Assembly: GCA_040080915.1 (NCBI GenBank)
Contig: JBEBHD010000001.1
Location: 83-64,082, forward strand
Reading direction: 5' to 3'
Source of the DNA: Saprospiraceae bacterium
Lineage (GTDB): Bacteria; Bacteroidota; Bacteroidia; Chitinophagales; Saprospiraceae
DNA length: 64,000 nucleotides
Positions 40,533-50,300 of the stretch are shown piece by piece. Made by a program: the position numbers and the translations under genes. Position 1 is the first letter of the stretch. Every line of letters begins with the position of its first letter. Under the pieces are notes generated by a model. It searched no databases. It was not told where the DNA came from and saw only the letters and a program-made list of their open reading frames with translations.

Positions 40533-43500
40533 CCGATCATCGGCATCCGCACGACTACCTTCGTCCCGCGTGCCAGCCCCTGCTCGTCGTACAAGTCTTC
40601 AAAATGTAGTCGAATGTCCTGATCTAATTGGGTGTTGAGCAGATCGAGGCGGTGGCGGATGTTGGCAAGGCCCGTGGACCGATAGTTTTTCGGGCGATCT
40701 TTTTCGATTTCTCCTGCACGTGTACGACCCACACCGTCGTCCTCGATTTCGCAAACAATGGTTTTTTCATCGGCTTTCAGGAAGCGTATCAGGAGTTGGC
40801 CCGGTTCGGTTTTGTGCATCAGGCCGTGCCAGATGGCATTCTCGATATGGGGCTGGACAAGCATCCCCGGAATGGAGAGCGATTCGGGATTCAGGTTGCT
40901 ATCTATTTGGAAATCAAATGAAAACCGATTATTGAAGCGCAACTGCTCCAACTCGGTGTAGTAGCGCAGCAACTCGATCTCGCGGGCGAGCGGCACCATC
41001 GGCGACTCGGAGTTTTCCAGAATGAGCCGCATCAGGCGGGCGAACTTGGTCAAGTATTTACTGGCCTCGCGGGGGTCGTTTTTCAGGATAAAGTTCTGCA
41101 CCGAGTTGAGTGCATTGAACACGAAGTGCGGGTTCATCTGGGAGCGCAATGCCTTCATCTCGAGATCGGCCAATTGCTGGCGTATCTGCGCTTTTTCTTT
41201 CTCCCGGCCTTCCACAACGCTGATTTGACGGCGGTACAGCCACCAGCCTACAGCGATTAAAGCAGCCAATAGCGAAAATTGGAACGTCCAGGTTTGCCAC
41301 CAGGGCGGGTAAATTATGATGTTCAGCGCGGCTTCTTCTGTGCCCCACACGCCATCGCTGTTGGCCGTGCGGGCGCGGAAGACATAGTGGCCGGGAGCAA
41401 GGTTGAGGAAGTTGGCGAAGTTGTCGGTTCCGGCCTCCTTCCAAGCGGCGGGGCTACCTTTCGGTTCCATGCTGTATTGGTAGCGGTTTGCCGGACCGTT
41501 GATGTAGTTAACCCCGGTGAACTCGATCCGCAGATCGTTTTGGCTGTACCGCAAGGCCAACGGGCCGGATGTAGGCATCGAAAGGGGTTGGTCGGACACC
41601 CGCAGCCCGGTGATGAATGTGGGCAGTGCGGGCGCAGCAGCGCCAACTTTGTCCGGTTCGAACAGGCACATTCCCCGATCGGTAGAAACAAACAGGATGT
41701 TGCGGACCGTATCCAAAAGTTCAACATGGACGATCGTGTTGGAGAGCAGCCCGTCCGTCTGGTAGAAGCTGCGCAGTTGGCGGCTACGCGAGTCGTACCG
41801 GCTCAGGCCGTATGCGGTGGCAAACCAAACATTGCCGTCTCTGTCGAGACACGCTCCTTCCGGGTCATTGGTAACCAAGCCGTTGTTTTTCCCGAAGGGC
41901 CGCACTTGCCGGGTACGGGTGTCCATGACAAACCACCCTTGCACGGTATGCAGCCAGAGGTTGCCGTGTGGGTCGGCCATGAGGTCGAAGGCTTTGGCAC
42001 AGGCCATGTTGGCCGGGCAGTTGGGTTCAATTTTTTCAAAAACGCCTGTTGTGCGCCGCCAACGAGCAAGGTATTTTTCTTCATCGCCAAAACTAAACCA
42101 CATATCGCCGTCGGGGCTTTCGGCGCAAGCGGTGGCCGAAACGAGCGGGAACGGCGCTCCTTCTCCCCGGCTCTGGAAGTGGGTTAATTGGCGGCTACGG
42201 GTGTCGAAATAGCACACGCCATTGTCGCGAACCCGCCCCCAGATGCGGCCATAATGGTCGCGACAGATGAACCGATGATCCAGAGAATCCAGCCCCCGGA
42301 AGCGTTCTTTGAGCGGGCCGTTGGTATTGCGCACGGGATTGTACCAGTACAGGCCCGCCATGGTGTTCATCCAGAGCGTGTCGCCCCGGTCGGGCGCGAA
42401 ATCGCGGACGTAGGCGTAACTGCGAAAATCATTATCGAGCACCGGCCCGGTCACGCCAAGGCTGGTTTTGTCCATGCTGTACAGGCCGCCGTTGCGGCTG
42501 CTCACGACCCATTTGCCCGCGCGTTCGGCACAGGTGAAGCCAAACCACTCTTCGGAGACGCCCATGGCGGCCATCATTTTTTTATGCGCCGTGTTGAGTG
42601 CGGCCATGTGGGTAGTTGGCAGTTTTTTGAGGGTCAAAAAATAGATGCCCTCGAAGCGCGGGCAAAGCCAGAGGTTGCCGTCGCGGTCCACGAAATTGAC
42701 GATCCCCTTGCCGTCGGGGGCGGAGGTTTTCCAGGCGGGCAGGTCGGTGGTGGAGCCATCCCGCAGGTCATAGATGACGGGGGCGCCGAAGTAGCGTTGG
42801 AGGAACAGCAGGCTGTCGGGCAGCAAAAAAGGCAGGTAGTAGTGGCCTTTGCGCTGTTCAATGGGGTCGGCAAATGTGTTCCGCAGCAAGGTGCGGGTCG
42901 TGCGGGTTGCCCAGTCGAAGCGGTAAAGTGTGACAGGCGATTTGGTGCCGATCATGGTGTACCAAACGCTGGTCAGGTTGCCGTCCCAGGCAACACAGTC
43001 GCTTCGAATAGCGGTATCAAGCACCCCGCTCCCCGGCAGATGCTGTGCCAACGGCGTTGTTTTCTGTTTTTGAAAATCAATAATTTGCCAGGGGAGGTAG
43101 TATGGAGGAACGGGTTGCCGGCACTTCACGGCGACGATACCGTCGGGAAGTTCCAAAAAATCAAGGACGAAATAGTTGTCGATTGCCTCGCCGGGCCGCA
43201 CAGGTTTGAGATAGGATTGTGTCACCCGGAGCCGGTCGTCCAGCAGATGCACGCCTGTGCCCGTTCCGACCCAAATCTGCCCGTTTCGGGAGCGGTGCAG
43301 TTTAAGGATTACCAGCTCGTTTTTCAAAAACTCTTTTCGGGTAGGCAGCACGACGGGTTCAAATTCCAGGCGGCGGGTGTGCAGCACGAACAACCCTTTC
43401 TCGGTGCCCACGAGCAGCCGGTGCCCGGACAGTGCGAGCACTTTGGTGATTCGGTCCGTTGGCAAACCCTTCCCGTCGGCGTGGTGGAAAAACGACGTGA

Positions 43501-43858
43501 ATCGCTCGCCGTCGAAGCGATTTAGCCCTTCGACCGTACCAAACCACAGGAACCCGCCGTCGTCCTGCGCGATACTCGTGACCCAATTGCTCGACAAGCC
43601 CTGCTCCATCGTGTAGTGCTGGAAACGAGAGAATTTGTCTGTGATTTGCTGATTGGGGAATTTAGGCGCTGTTTGAGTATACGAGCAGGTGGCTGTAGCC
43701 AGCAGCAGCACAATGTACACCAGAACGCTGTTCGGGCGGAACGTGCAGACACACCATATAAACCGTATCGGGTGAGCACTCATCATTTGGCTCAAAGGTC
43801 GGTCAAGTGCCCGAAACCGACGTAACCAATTGCTCGGCCAAAGTTGCCAGTTGCTCAT
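40529..43858 (-). CDS. Sensor histidine kinase: two-component-regulator propeller + Y_Y_Y sensor, TM, LytS-type His_kinase + HATPase
   Basis: Propeller motifs (GLSSNWVTSIAQDDGGFLWFGTVEGLNRFDG). HYVFRARTANSDGVW (Y_Y_Y). TM helix. LRSQMNPHFVFNALNSVQNFI (PF06580-like). PGMLVQPHIENAIWHG and EDDGVG. The true start may be the internal MMSAHP at about 43786. Confidence 0.85.
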   Translation of the reverse strand: MSNWQLWPSNWLRRFRALDRPLSQMMSAHPIRFIWCVCTFRPNSVLVYIVLLLATATCSYTQTAPKFPNQQITDKFSRFQHYTMEQGLSSNWVTSIAQDDGGFLWFGTVEGLNRFDGERFTSFFHHADGKGLPTDRITKVLALSGHRLLVGTEKGLFVLHTRRLEFEPVVLPTRKEFLKNELVILKLHRSRNGQIWVGTGTGVHLLDDRLRVTQSYLKPVRPGEAIDNYFVLDFLELPDGIVAVKCRQPVPPYYLPWQIIDFQKQKTTPLAQHLPGSGVLDTAIRSDCVAWDGNLTSVWYTMIGTKSPVTLYRFDWATRTTRTLLRNTFADPIEQRKGHYYLPFLLPDSLLFLQRYFGAPVIYDLRDGSTTDLPAWKTSAPDGKGIVNFVDRDGNLWLCPRFEGIYFLTLKKLPTTHMAALNTAHKKMMAAMGVSEEWFGFTCAERAGKWVVSSRNGGLYSMDKTSLGVTGPVLDNDFRSYAYVRDFAPDRGDTLWMNTMAGLYWYNPVRNTNGPLKERFRGLDSLDHRFICRDHYGRIWGRVRDNGVCYFDTRSRQLTHFQSRGEGAPFPLVSATACAESPDGDMWFSFGDEEKYLARWRRTTGVFEKIEPNCPANMACAKAFDLMADPHGNLWLHTVQGWFVMDTRTRQVRPFGKNNGLVTNDPEGACLDRDGNVWFATAYGLSRYDSRSRQLRSFYQTDGLLSNTIVHVELLDTVRNILFVSTDRGMCLFEPDKVGAAAPALPTFITGLRVSDQPLSMPTSGPLALRYSQNDLRIEFTGVNYINGPANRYQYSMEPKGSPAAWKEAGTDNFANFLNLAPGHYVFRARTANSDGVWGTEEAALNIIIYPPWWQTWTFQFSLLAALIAVGWWLYRRQISVVEGREKEKAQIRQQLADLEMKALRSQMNPHFVFNALNSVQNFILKNDPREASKYLTKFARLMRLILENSESPMVPLAREIELLRYYTELEQLRFNNRFSFDFQIDSNLNPESLSIPGMLVQPHIENAIWHGLMHKTEPGQLLIRFLKADEKTIVCEIEDDGVGRTRAGEIEKDRPKNYRSTGLANIRHRLDLLNTQLDQDIRLHFEDLYDEQGLARGTKVVVRMPMIG

Positions 43859-43869
43859 TGGGGTAGATA

Positions 43870-43968
43870 GACGTTCCAGGTTTCAAAAACCTGGAACGTC
43901 TGGGCACTTGCCAGATGCTCACGGGCGCGGGCCATTTGCTCGCGGGGGTTGGGGGCGGGCGACAGGGC
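43870..43968. repeat. Perfect 14-bp-stem palindrome, followed by copy A of a ~60-bp dispersed repeat
   Basis: GACGTTCCAGGTTT-caa-AAACCTGGAACGTC (43870-43900). Then GCCAGATGCTCACGGgcgcggGCCATTTGCTCGCggGGGTTGGGGGCGGGCGACAGGGC (about 43910-43968), which recurs at 46571-46630. Confidence 0.85.
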
Positions 43969-44110
43969 AGTGTGGCGGATAGAAATTGTCTTTTTATCGA
44001 AGGTTACCAGTTCTTACTTCCCATTTCCGTCAGCATACGGCGCGCATTTTCCCCCGTGCTGCTGTCGGGGGCGAGCATTGCAGCCCGACCCCCGCTCCTC
44101 GATCCTTCTC

Positions 44111-45508
44111 TCAGGGTCTTTTCTCTGCTTTCGCCTCCACCTTTTTCAAATTTTCCTCGAAAAGGCCCAGGTTGGGGTCGTTGCCCGATTTGCCGATTTC
44201 CACTGCTTTCCGATAGGCTTTGACCGCTTCTGTATTTTTGCCGTTTACCACAAGCGCCTCTCCGTAGCTGTCGTACACGTTGGCTGAATTGGGAAACAGC
44301 ACCGTGTTGCAGTAAAAAATAGCCTCGGCGGTTTTGGGGTTGTTGTGGCCCATCAGGTACTCGTAGCCCAAGCCGTTGATGTCGGGTTCGTCCAACAAGC
44401 CTGCTTCCGTTATTTTTTTCAGGCTCGTCAAAAGTTTGTCCGTCGCGCCGGAGTACTTGTCCAACTGGTTGAATGCTTCGAGCAGCAGGGCCGCGTGTTG
44501 CTCTTTGTTTTTCCGGCGATAATCGGCGGCGGCGGCTTTAGCCAGTTCCAGTGCCTTGTCCAGCGCCCCGGCTTCGGGTACCGACACCTCGGGTACCACC
44601 CCAACGCCTTCCCAGTTGGTTTTCGTGACCGGATTGATGGCTCTGCCGGTTGGCAAAAAGACGGCGAGTTTGTCGTTCACCGGCATCATGCCGCCTGGGT
44701 TGGCGCCGCCGCCGGTGGTTTCGCCCACGAGTGTTGCCCGTTTTTGGGTCTGCATGTTGTAGGAAAACTCTTCTGCGCCCGAAAACGTGAACTTGCTGGT
44801 GAGCACGAACAGGGGCACGTCGGGCATTTTTTTGCCGCCCACTTTGTCGAGCGTCCAGAACTCCTCCGTGCGGTCGCCCTCCCGCCAGTAGAGGCTGTTC
44901 AGGTGTACGCGTTTGTCGAAGAAGTAGCTGCACAGGTACTGCACCATTTTCGGGCTGCCGCCGCCGTTTTTCCGAAGGTCAATGATGACAGCATCCGAGG
45001 TGGCGAGAAGGGCCATGGAGTGATCTGCGATGGGTGAGCCTGCTTGTGGATGTGCAAAGCCCCGCAGGTCGAGGTAGCCAATATTGCCTTCGAGTTTTTG
45101 GGCGGCGGCAAATCCTGCGTTGACTTCCCGCTGCCGCGCCCGGTCTTGCAGGCGGCCTTCGGCCATCTGCTCTGCCGTGGCTGTTTGCCCCTTTTGCGCC
45201 GGCGCCGGGCGGACACGCAAGTGTTTGTCATTCGCGATAACCTGTGCTTCCCGGGTGAGCGCATCGGCGAAGGATTTTACGTCCTGGTGTTTGTCAAAAT
45301 CACCTGCCTTGAGCCGATTTTTCAGGTGTTCTCCGGTGGCTTTGGCCGCTTCCGGAGACACGTAGTGCTGCTGGAGCAGGGCGTCAAGTTGTTCAATAGT
45401 CGTTTGCTTGAACTCCGGCGTAAGTACGGATTCTTGCGAAACGGCGTGTTGTGTGGTCGAGAGGAAAAGCAGGCACAGCAATGTCAGTGATGACAGGTTT
45501 TGTTTCAT
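44111..45508 (-). CDS. S41-family (tail-specific/C-terminal processing type) serine peptidase with C-terminal TPR-like region
   Basis: Start at MKQNLSSLTLLCLLFLSTTQHAVSQ (signal peptide, ATG complement at 45506-45508). GNIGYLDLRGF, IIDLRKNGGG, TSKFTFSGAEEF (Ser nucleophile context), VGETTGGGA. The C-terminal helical repeats resemble TPRs. Confidence 0.85.
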   Translation of the reverse strand: MKQNLSSLTLLCLLFLSTTQHAVSQESVLTPEFKQTTIEQLDALLQQHYVSPEAAKATGEHLKNRLKAGDFDKHQDVKSFADALTREAQVIANDKHLRVRPAPAQKGQTATAEQMAEGRLQDRARQREVNAGFAAAQKLEGNIGYLDLRGFAHPQAGSPIADHSMALLATSDAVIIDLRKNGGGSPKMVQYLCSYFFDKRVHLNSLYWREGDRTEEFWTLDKVGGKKMPDVPLFVLTSKFTFSGAEEFSYNMQTQKRATLVGETTGGGANPGGMMPVNDKLAVFLPTGRAINPVTKTNWEGVGVVPEVSVPEAGALDKALELAKAAAADYRRKNKEQHAALLLEAFNQLDKYSGATDKLLTSLKKITEAGLLDEPDINGLGYEYLMGHNNPKTAEAIFYCNTVLFPNSANVYDSYGEALVVNGKNTEAVKAYRKAVEIGKSGNDPNLGLFEENLKKVEAKAEKRP

Positions 45509-45800
45509 AGCATCGGTATAGTTTGTGAACGAAAAATTTCGGAAGCAGGCTCCCGGACACCGGCCTGCCTTCACGGGTTACAAGATGCGACTACGAATGT
45601 TCCGTTAGGGGAAAATTCGATGACACTTCTCCAGATGCCTGTGAAGGGGATTTATATGGGTGCCGACGGAACCGTTCCGTTTTCGGGAAAAGGCCACAAA
45701 CTGGGACATAAAAAAACGGGTTGGTTTGCGAGCAGCAGGGGTACCACCCCAAACCAACCCGTAAACCAACCCGTTTGAAACCGGCAAATAGAACGGCCTC

Positions 45801-46376
45801 TTACTTTTTAAGAAACTTTTCCAGCACCGACTGGGGTGTCTGACCCGCGCCGAGGTTTTTGGGCTTGCCCGAAGCGTCTTTCCACTCGAACTTAATTTTT
45901 GTAAAATTGAGGCTGAACGAATCCGTCGGGGCTGCGTTGCTGCTTCCTTGCGTTCCAGCGCTAAAGCTGGAGACCAACACATCTTTCAACTCGTAGGTAA
46001 GTTGGTCACCACCACCTTTGCGGACAAACAAAATAGCCTCCTTGTGGTGCTTACCTGTTGCTGATGACCTCATTAGGTCGGGCGAAGACTTATCGGTTAT
46101 TTTCATGATACTGATATCGTGTACGGAGACCTTCCCGGCTCCACCGCTGCTGCCTTGCTCCCTTGTGCCCTGGTTGGATATTACCCAACTGAAAGAATCA
46201 AGAACGATGCATCCCCTGCATTTTGGGTCGGATGACTCGCCGTCAATTCCGTCGATTTTGAGGAAGTAGTCCACATGGGCGGCCTGGGGTTTGTTTGGAT
46301 TGGCAATGGGTTTGTTTTGGGAGAAAGCAAGCAGCGGAGCGGCTGCGAAAAGAGTCGCAATTAATACGTTTTTCAT
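45801..46376 (-). CDS. Hcp (type VI secretion tube protein) family homolog carrying an N-terminal Sec signal peptide
   Basis: After MKNVLIATLFAAAPLLAFSQ plus a short linker, the sequence follows canonical Hcp1: YFLKIDGIDGES, LDSFSWVIS, GGAGKVSVHDISIMKITDKSSPDLMRSSATGKHHKEAILFVRKGGGDQLTYELKDVLVSS, SFSLNFTKIKFEW. Compare P. aeruginosa Hcp1 from memory: GGAGKVNVQDLSFTKYIDKSTPNLMMACSSGKHYPQAKLTIRKAGG. Confidence 0.8.
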   Translation of the reverse strand: MKNVLIATLFAAAPLLAFSQNKPIANPNKPQAAHVDYFLKIDGIDGESSDPKCRGCIVLDSFSWVISNQGTREQGSSGGAGKVSVHDISIMKITDKSSPDLMRSSATGKHHKEAILFVRKGGGDQLTYELKDVLVSSFSAGTQGSSNAAPTDSFSLNFTKIKFEWKDASGKPKNLGAGQTPQSVLEKFLKK

Positions 46377-46544
46377 GACTGAGAGTGTGTGTTTGCAAAT
46401 GTGGTGAACAATCGTTTTTGACACAACAAAGGTCATTGCCCGGGGCAGCGCAAGTGTTCAAGGTATTATCAAAAAGGATAAAAAAGTGCAAAAATCAACG
46501 GCCTGCGCTGCCAACCGAATCGAGCGCCGGTAATGACCAGGCTT

Positions 46545-46630
46545 TTTAGGTTTTGAAACCTGCCGTGTGTGCCAGATGCTCACGGACATCTGCCATTTGC
46601 TCGCCGGGGGTTTGGGGCGGACGACAGGGC
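46545..46630. repeat. Copy B of the dispersed repeat seen at 43870-43968 (weaker palindrome + conserved ~60-bp core)
   Basis: AGGTTTtgAAACCT (about 46549-46562), then GCCAGATGCTCACGGacatctGCCATTTGCTCGCcgGGGGTTTGGGGCGGACGACAGGGC (46571-46630). Same orientation as copy A. Confidence 0.8.
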
Positions 46631-46683
46631 GGGCACTTTTGTGTCACCAATCTCCTCGAACTACATTTCTATACAGCCCTCCC

Positions 46684-47205
46684 ATGTACACAGAAAAGCA
46701 GTATTTCCAGAACCGACACACCCGATGGCTTAAATGGCTATGCGCCGGAGTCGCGATCGTGCAATTGATCCTGCTCATCGCCGCCGAAACCGGCCAATCT
46801 TGGCTGCCGCTGGGGGATACTGCGCATTGGGGCATTTTACTGGTTTCAGGGCTGGCATTCAGCCTGCTTTCGCATATCGTTTTGGTGCTGCGGGTGGGCG
46901 CGCGTGGAGTCTCCCTGCGGTATTTTCCCTTCCAGTTGCGCTTCCAACATGTCTGCTGGGACGAGATTCGCCAACTGCGCCTGCTTCCATTGGGCGAATG
47001 CCCGACGGGTGCGCAGTTTGGGTTGCCGGGGCGCGATTTCACGCATGCCTACTGGCTCAGTACACCCAGGCACGCTGTGTTGCACATCACCTTAGTGAAC
47101 GGCACCCAACTCTACGTCTCGACCGAGCGGCCAGCGGAGCTGCTGGATTTTTTGCGGCATGGGCTGCAAGTACATGGTAGGAAAGTCTGTGCGGAGTGGG
47201 TGTGA
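46684..47205 (+). CDS. Hypothetical small membrane protein
   Basis: Start at MYTEKQYFQNRHTRWLKW. Two predicted TM helices, then a soluble C-terminal region. I recognise no family. The upstream part of the 46567 ORF lies in the repeat and is unlikely to be coding. Confidence 0.45.
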   Translation: MYTEKQYFQNRHTRWLKWLCAGVAIVQLILLIAAETGQSWLPLGDTAHWGILLVSGLAFSLLSHIVLVLRVGARGVSLRYFPFQLRFQHVCWDEIRQLRLLPLGECPTGAQFGLPGRDFTHAYWLSTPRHAVLHITLVNGTQLYVSTERPAELLDFLRHGLQVHGRKVCAEWV

Positions 47206-47319
47206 AACCACTTACGCACCCGTCCCCGCCACTTGCGCAGTGCCTCTTTCCCGCCCCTCTCCGCCGCCTGACTTTTGTATCGTCAATCAAAATTTTTTTC
47301 AAAAAAACTGCCCGACGAT

Positions 47320-50300
47320 ATGAAATATCTGTTCGCAACCCTACTCTTCCTTGCCGCCTTCACGGCGCAAACCTCCGCTGCCATCTGGTACGTCAACCCC
47401 AACGGCAGCGATGCCAACACGGGCGACTCCTGGGGGGCTGCTTTCCAAAATGTCCAAACAGCCATTAGTGCAAGCACCGATGGCGACGAAATCTGGGTGG
47501 CCGAAGGCACATACCTGCCCACGTTAATGTGGGCAGGCAATACCAACCGCCACAGGACATTTTTTGTCAACTTCGATGTCAAACTCTTCGGCGGCTTTAC
47601 CGGCGCCGAGACGATGCGCGACCAGCGCGACTGGGTAGCCCACCCGACCATCCTTAGCGGCGACCTCGGCGTGCAGGACAACTTTTCCGACAACGCCTAC
47701 CACGTCGTATGGATCAATGGCCGAAGCAGCGCGATGGAGCTGGACGGATTTACCATTACCAAGGGCATGTGTGATGGCCTGAACAGCAATGTCAACGACC
47801 GGGGCGCAGGCATTTACAACACCGCCGAAAACTACAACTCCACCCCGACTATCCGCAACTGTACCGTCACGGGCAACTTTGGCGGTTCGTTCGGCTATGG
47901 GGCCGGGATGTACAACTACGGCGCACACGATGCCTCGGCAACGCTGACAGACTGCACGTTCTTCGGCAACGCCGAGACGGAAGACGGCGGCGCGATGTAC
48001 AACTACGCGGCTTCTCAGGGCATCGCCTCGCCGGTGCTGACGAACTGCGCGTTCACCAACAACTCCGCAGGGTATGGCGGCGCGGTGGCTAACAAGGCTG
48101 AATATGGCGGTGTTTGCGCCCCGGTGCTGACCAACTGCACGTTCAACAACAACTACGCATTGGTCAATGGCGGCGCGATGTTCAACTGGGATAACATCAG
48201 CGCCCCGGTGCTGAACAACTGCACATTCAGCACTAACTCGGCAGGGAACCAAGGTGGCGCCATTTTCCACCAGGCGGAAATCCTCACCCTCAACAATTGC
48301 TCTTTGAACAACAACACGGCGGAGAACGGGGGCGGGCTGCTGGTGCTCGCCGGAGGGGTGCTCGCTACGGACTGCACGTTTTCGGGCAATACTGCGACCA
48401 TGACAAGCGGCGGGGCGGTAGATATCTGGGGATTTCCCTCCGAGGCGTTTACGTTCCTGCGTTGCACCTTTTCGGACAATTCGGCAACCAACGGCGGGGC
48501 TGTAAGTTTGGACATAGACTACACCCTCACCCTCGAGGCGCTGTTCGACCGCTGCACGTTTTCGGGCAATTCGGCAACCAACGGCGGGGCACTGTACACT
48601 GCGGGCAGCCATGATGCCGGCACCCTGAACGTCACGCTGCTCAACTGCCGCCTCTTCGACAACACCGCCGGCGAGCGCGGCGGGGCGTTTTGTTCTGGCG
48701 GCAACTACGGCAGCGGCTTTTCGAAGATGTACCACTGCACATTCTACAACAACACCGCCACTCTCGGCGGCGGCGCGGTAGGCACCTCTAACTATATCGC
48801 CAACCAGCCAACGCCCTCTCTGCACAACTGCATCGCCTGGAACAACTCTTCCACCTTCGGCCAAACAGTGAATGGTCAGGGCGGAGTCCTCATCCAATAC
48901 TCGCTTATCCAGGAATCTGGCTGCCCGACGGGCGCAGGTTGTGGTGTGAGCCTCTACAACCTCGACCCGCTCTTCATCAACGTTGCCGCCCACGACTTTC
49001 ACTTACAAAGTAACTCGCCCGCCAAAAATACCGGCGCGAATGTTCCCGTGACGCAAGATTTTGACGGCACTTCCCGTCCGCAAGGGCCTGCGTTTGACAT
49101 GGGCGCGTTCGAGGTGCCGGTGGTGTGCCCACCCGGCCCGGTAGTTTTTGTGGACAAAGACGCGACCAGCGGTGCCGATAACGGTACGTCCTGGGGGGAT
49201 GCTTTCGTCCACCTGCAAGATGCGCTTGATGCGGCGGCTGACTGCCCCGGTACCGTGGAAGAAATCTGGGTGGCTGAAGGCACCTACCTGCCCACCGCCA
49301 TGTGGGCCGGCAATACCGACCGCCACAAAACATTTTTTGTCAATCACGATGTCAAAATCTTCGGCGGCTTCGACGGCACGGAAATCCTGCGCGACGAGCG
49401 CGACTGGGTGGCGCACCCGACCATCCTGAGCGGCGACCTCGGCGTGGCGAACAACATGGCCGACAACACCTACCACGTCGTGTGGATCGAAGGACGCAGC
49501 AGCGCGATGGAGCTCGACGGCTTCACCATCACCAAAGGAAAGTTGCACCACAGCGACCAGATACATAGTTGGGGCGCAGGCATTTACAACAACGCCGACC
49601 ATCAGGCTTCGACCCCGACCATTCGCAACTGCACCATCACCGGCAACGAAGGCAACACAAATACGCGCGGCGCGGGCATGTTCAACAAAGGGTACTTCGG
49701 CGATGCCTCGCCGACGATGACGGACTGTACGTTTTCCAACAACACTGTGCCCGGCAACTCCAACGGCGGCGCGATGTACAATTATGCCTTTGGCCCAACA
49801 GGCATCGCTTCACCGGTGATGACCGATTGCGCGTTCACGAACAACTACGCGGCGTTTCGCGGCGGCGTATTATACAACTCGGTGGAGAACAGCGGCACCT
49901 GCGCCCCGGTGCTAACCGACTGCACCTTCACGGGCAATACGACCACCTACCAGAGCGGCGGTGCCATCTACCACGTCGGGCAAGAACTCACGCTGGACAA
50001 CTGCACCTTCACCAACAACTCTGCCTTTATCGGCGGAGCGATAGGCGTAACCCAAGGGTTTGTGACCGCAACAGATTGCTCCTTTTTGGGCAATAGCGCC
50101 CCTGCCAACTCGGGCGCGGTCAGCATTTCAGGTGCCGACGTGACCTCCACCTTCACGCGCTGCACTTTCTCGAACAACAGCACCCCGGCAAAAGGCGGTG
50201 CGGTAACGGTGTACTCTTCCTTCGGCTCCACACTTGTCGTGGCGTTCGACCGATGCACTTTTTCCAACAACTCGGCGGCCAACGGCGGCGCGGTGTACAC

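Noticed and set aside
42188-43525. 445-aa plus-strand ORF (and 41279-42187, 302 aa)
   Set aside because: Both are antisense to the propeller-LytS kinase gene, whose own translation has clear domain motifs.
45801-46376. Type VI secretion locus
   Set aside because: Only the Hcp-like gene is present, and it carries a signal peptide. No other T6SS core genes are in the 64 kb. Reported as an orphan Hcp-fold protein instead.
47524-49002. 492-aa minus-strand ORF
   Set aside because: Antisense to the beta-helix head of cargo 3. It has the same GC-bias explanation and no motifs.
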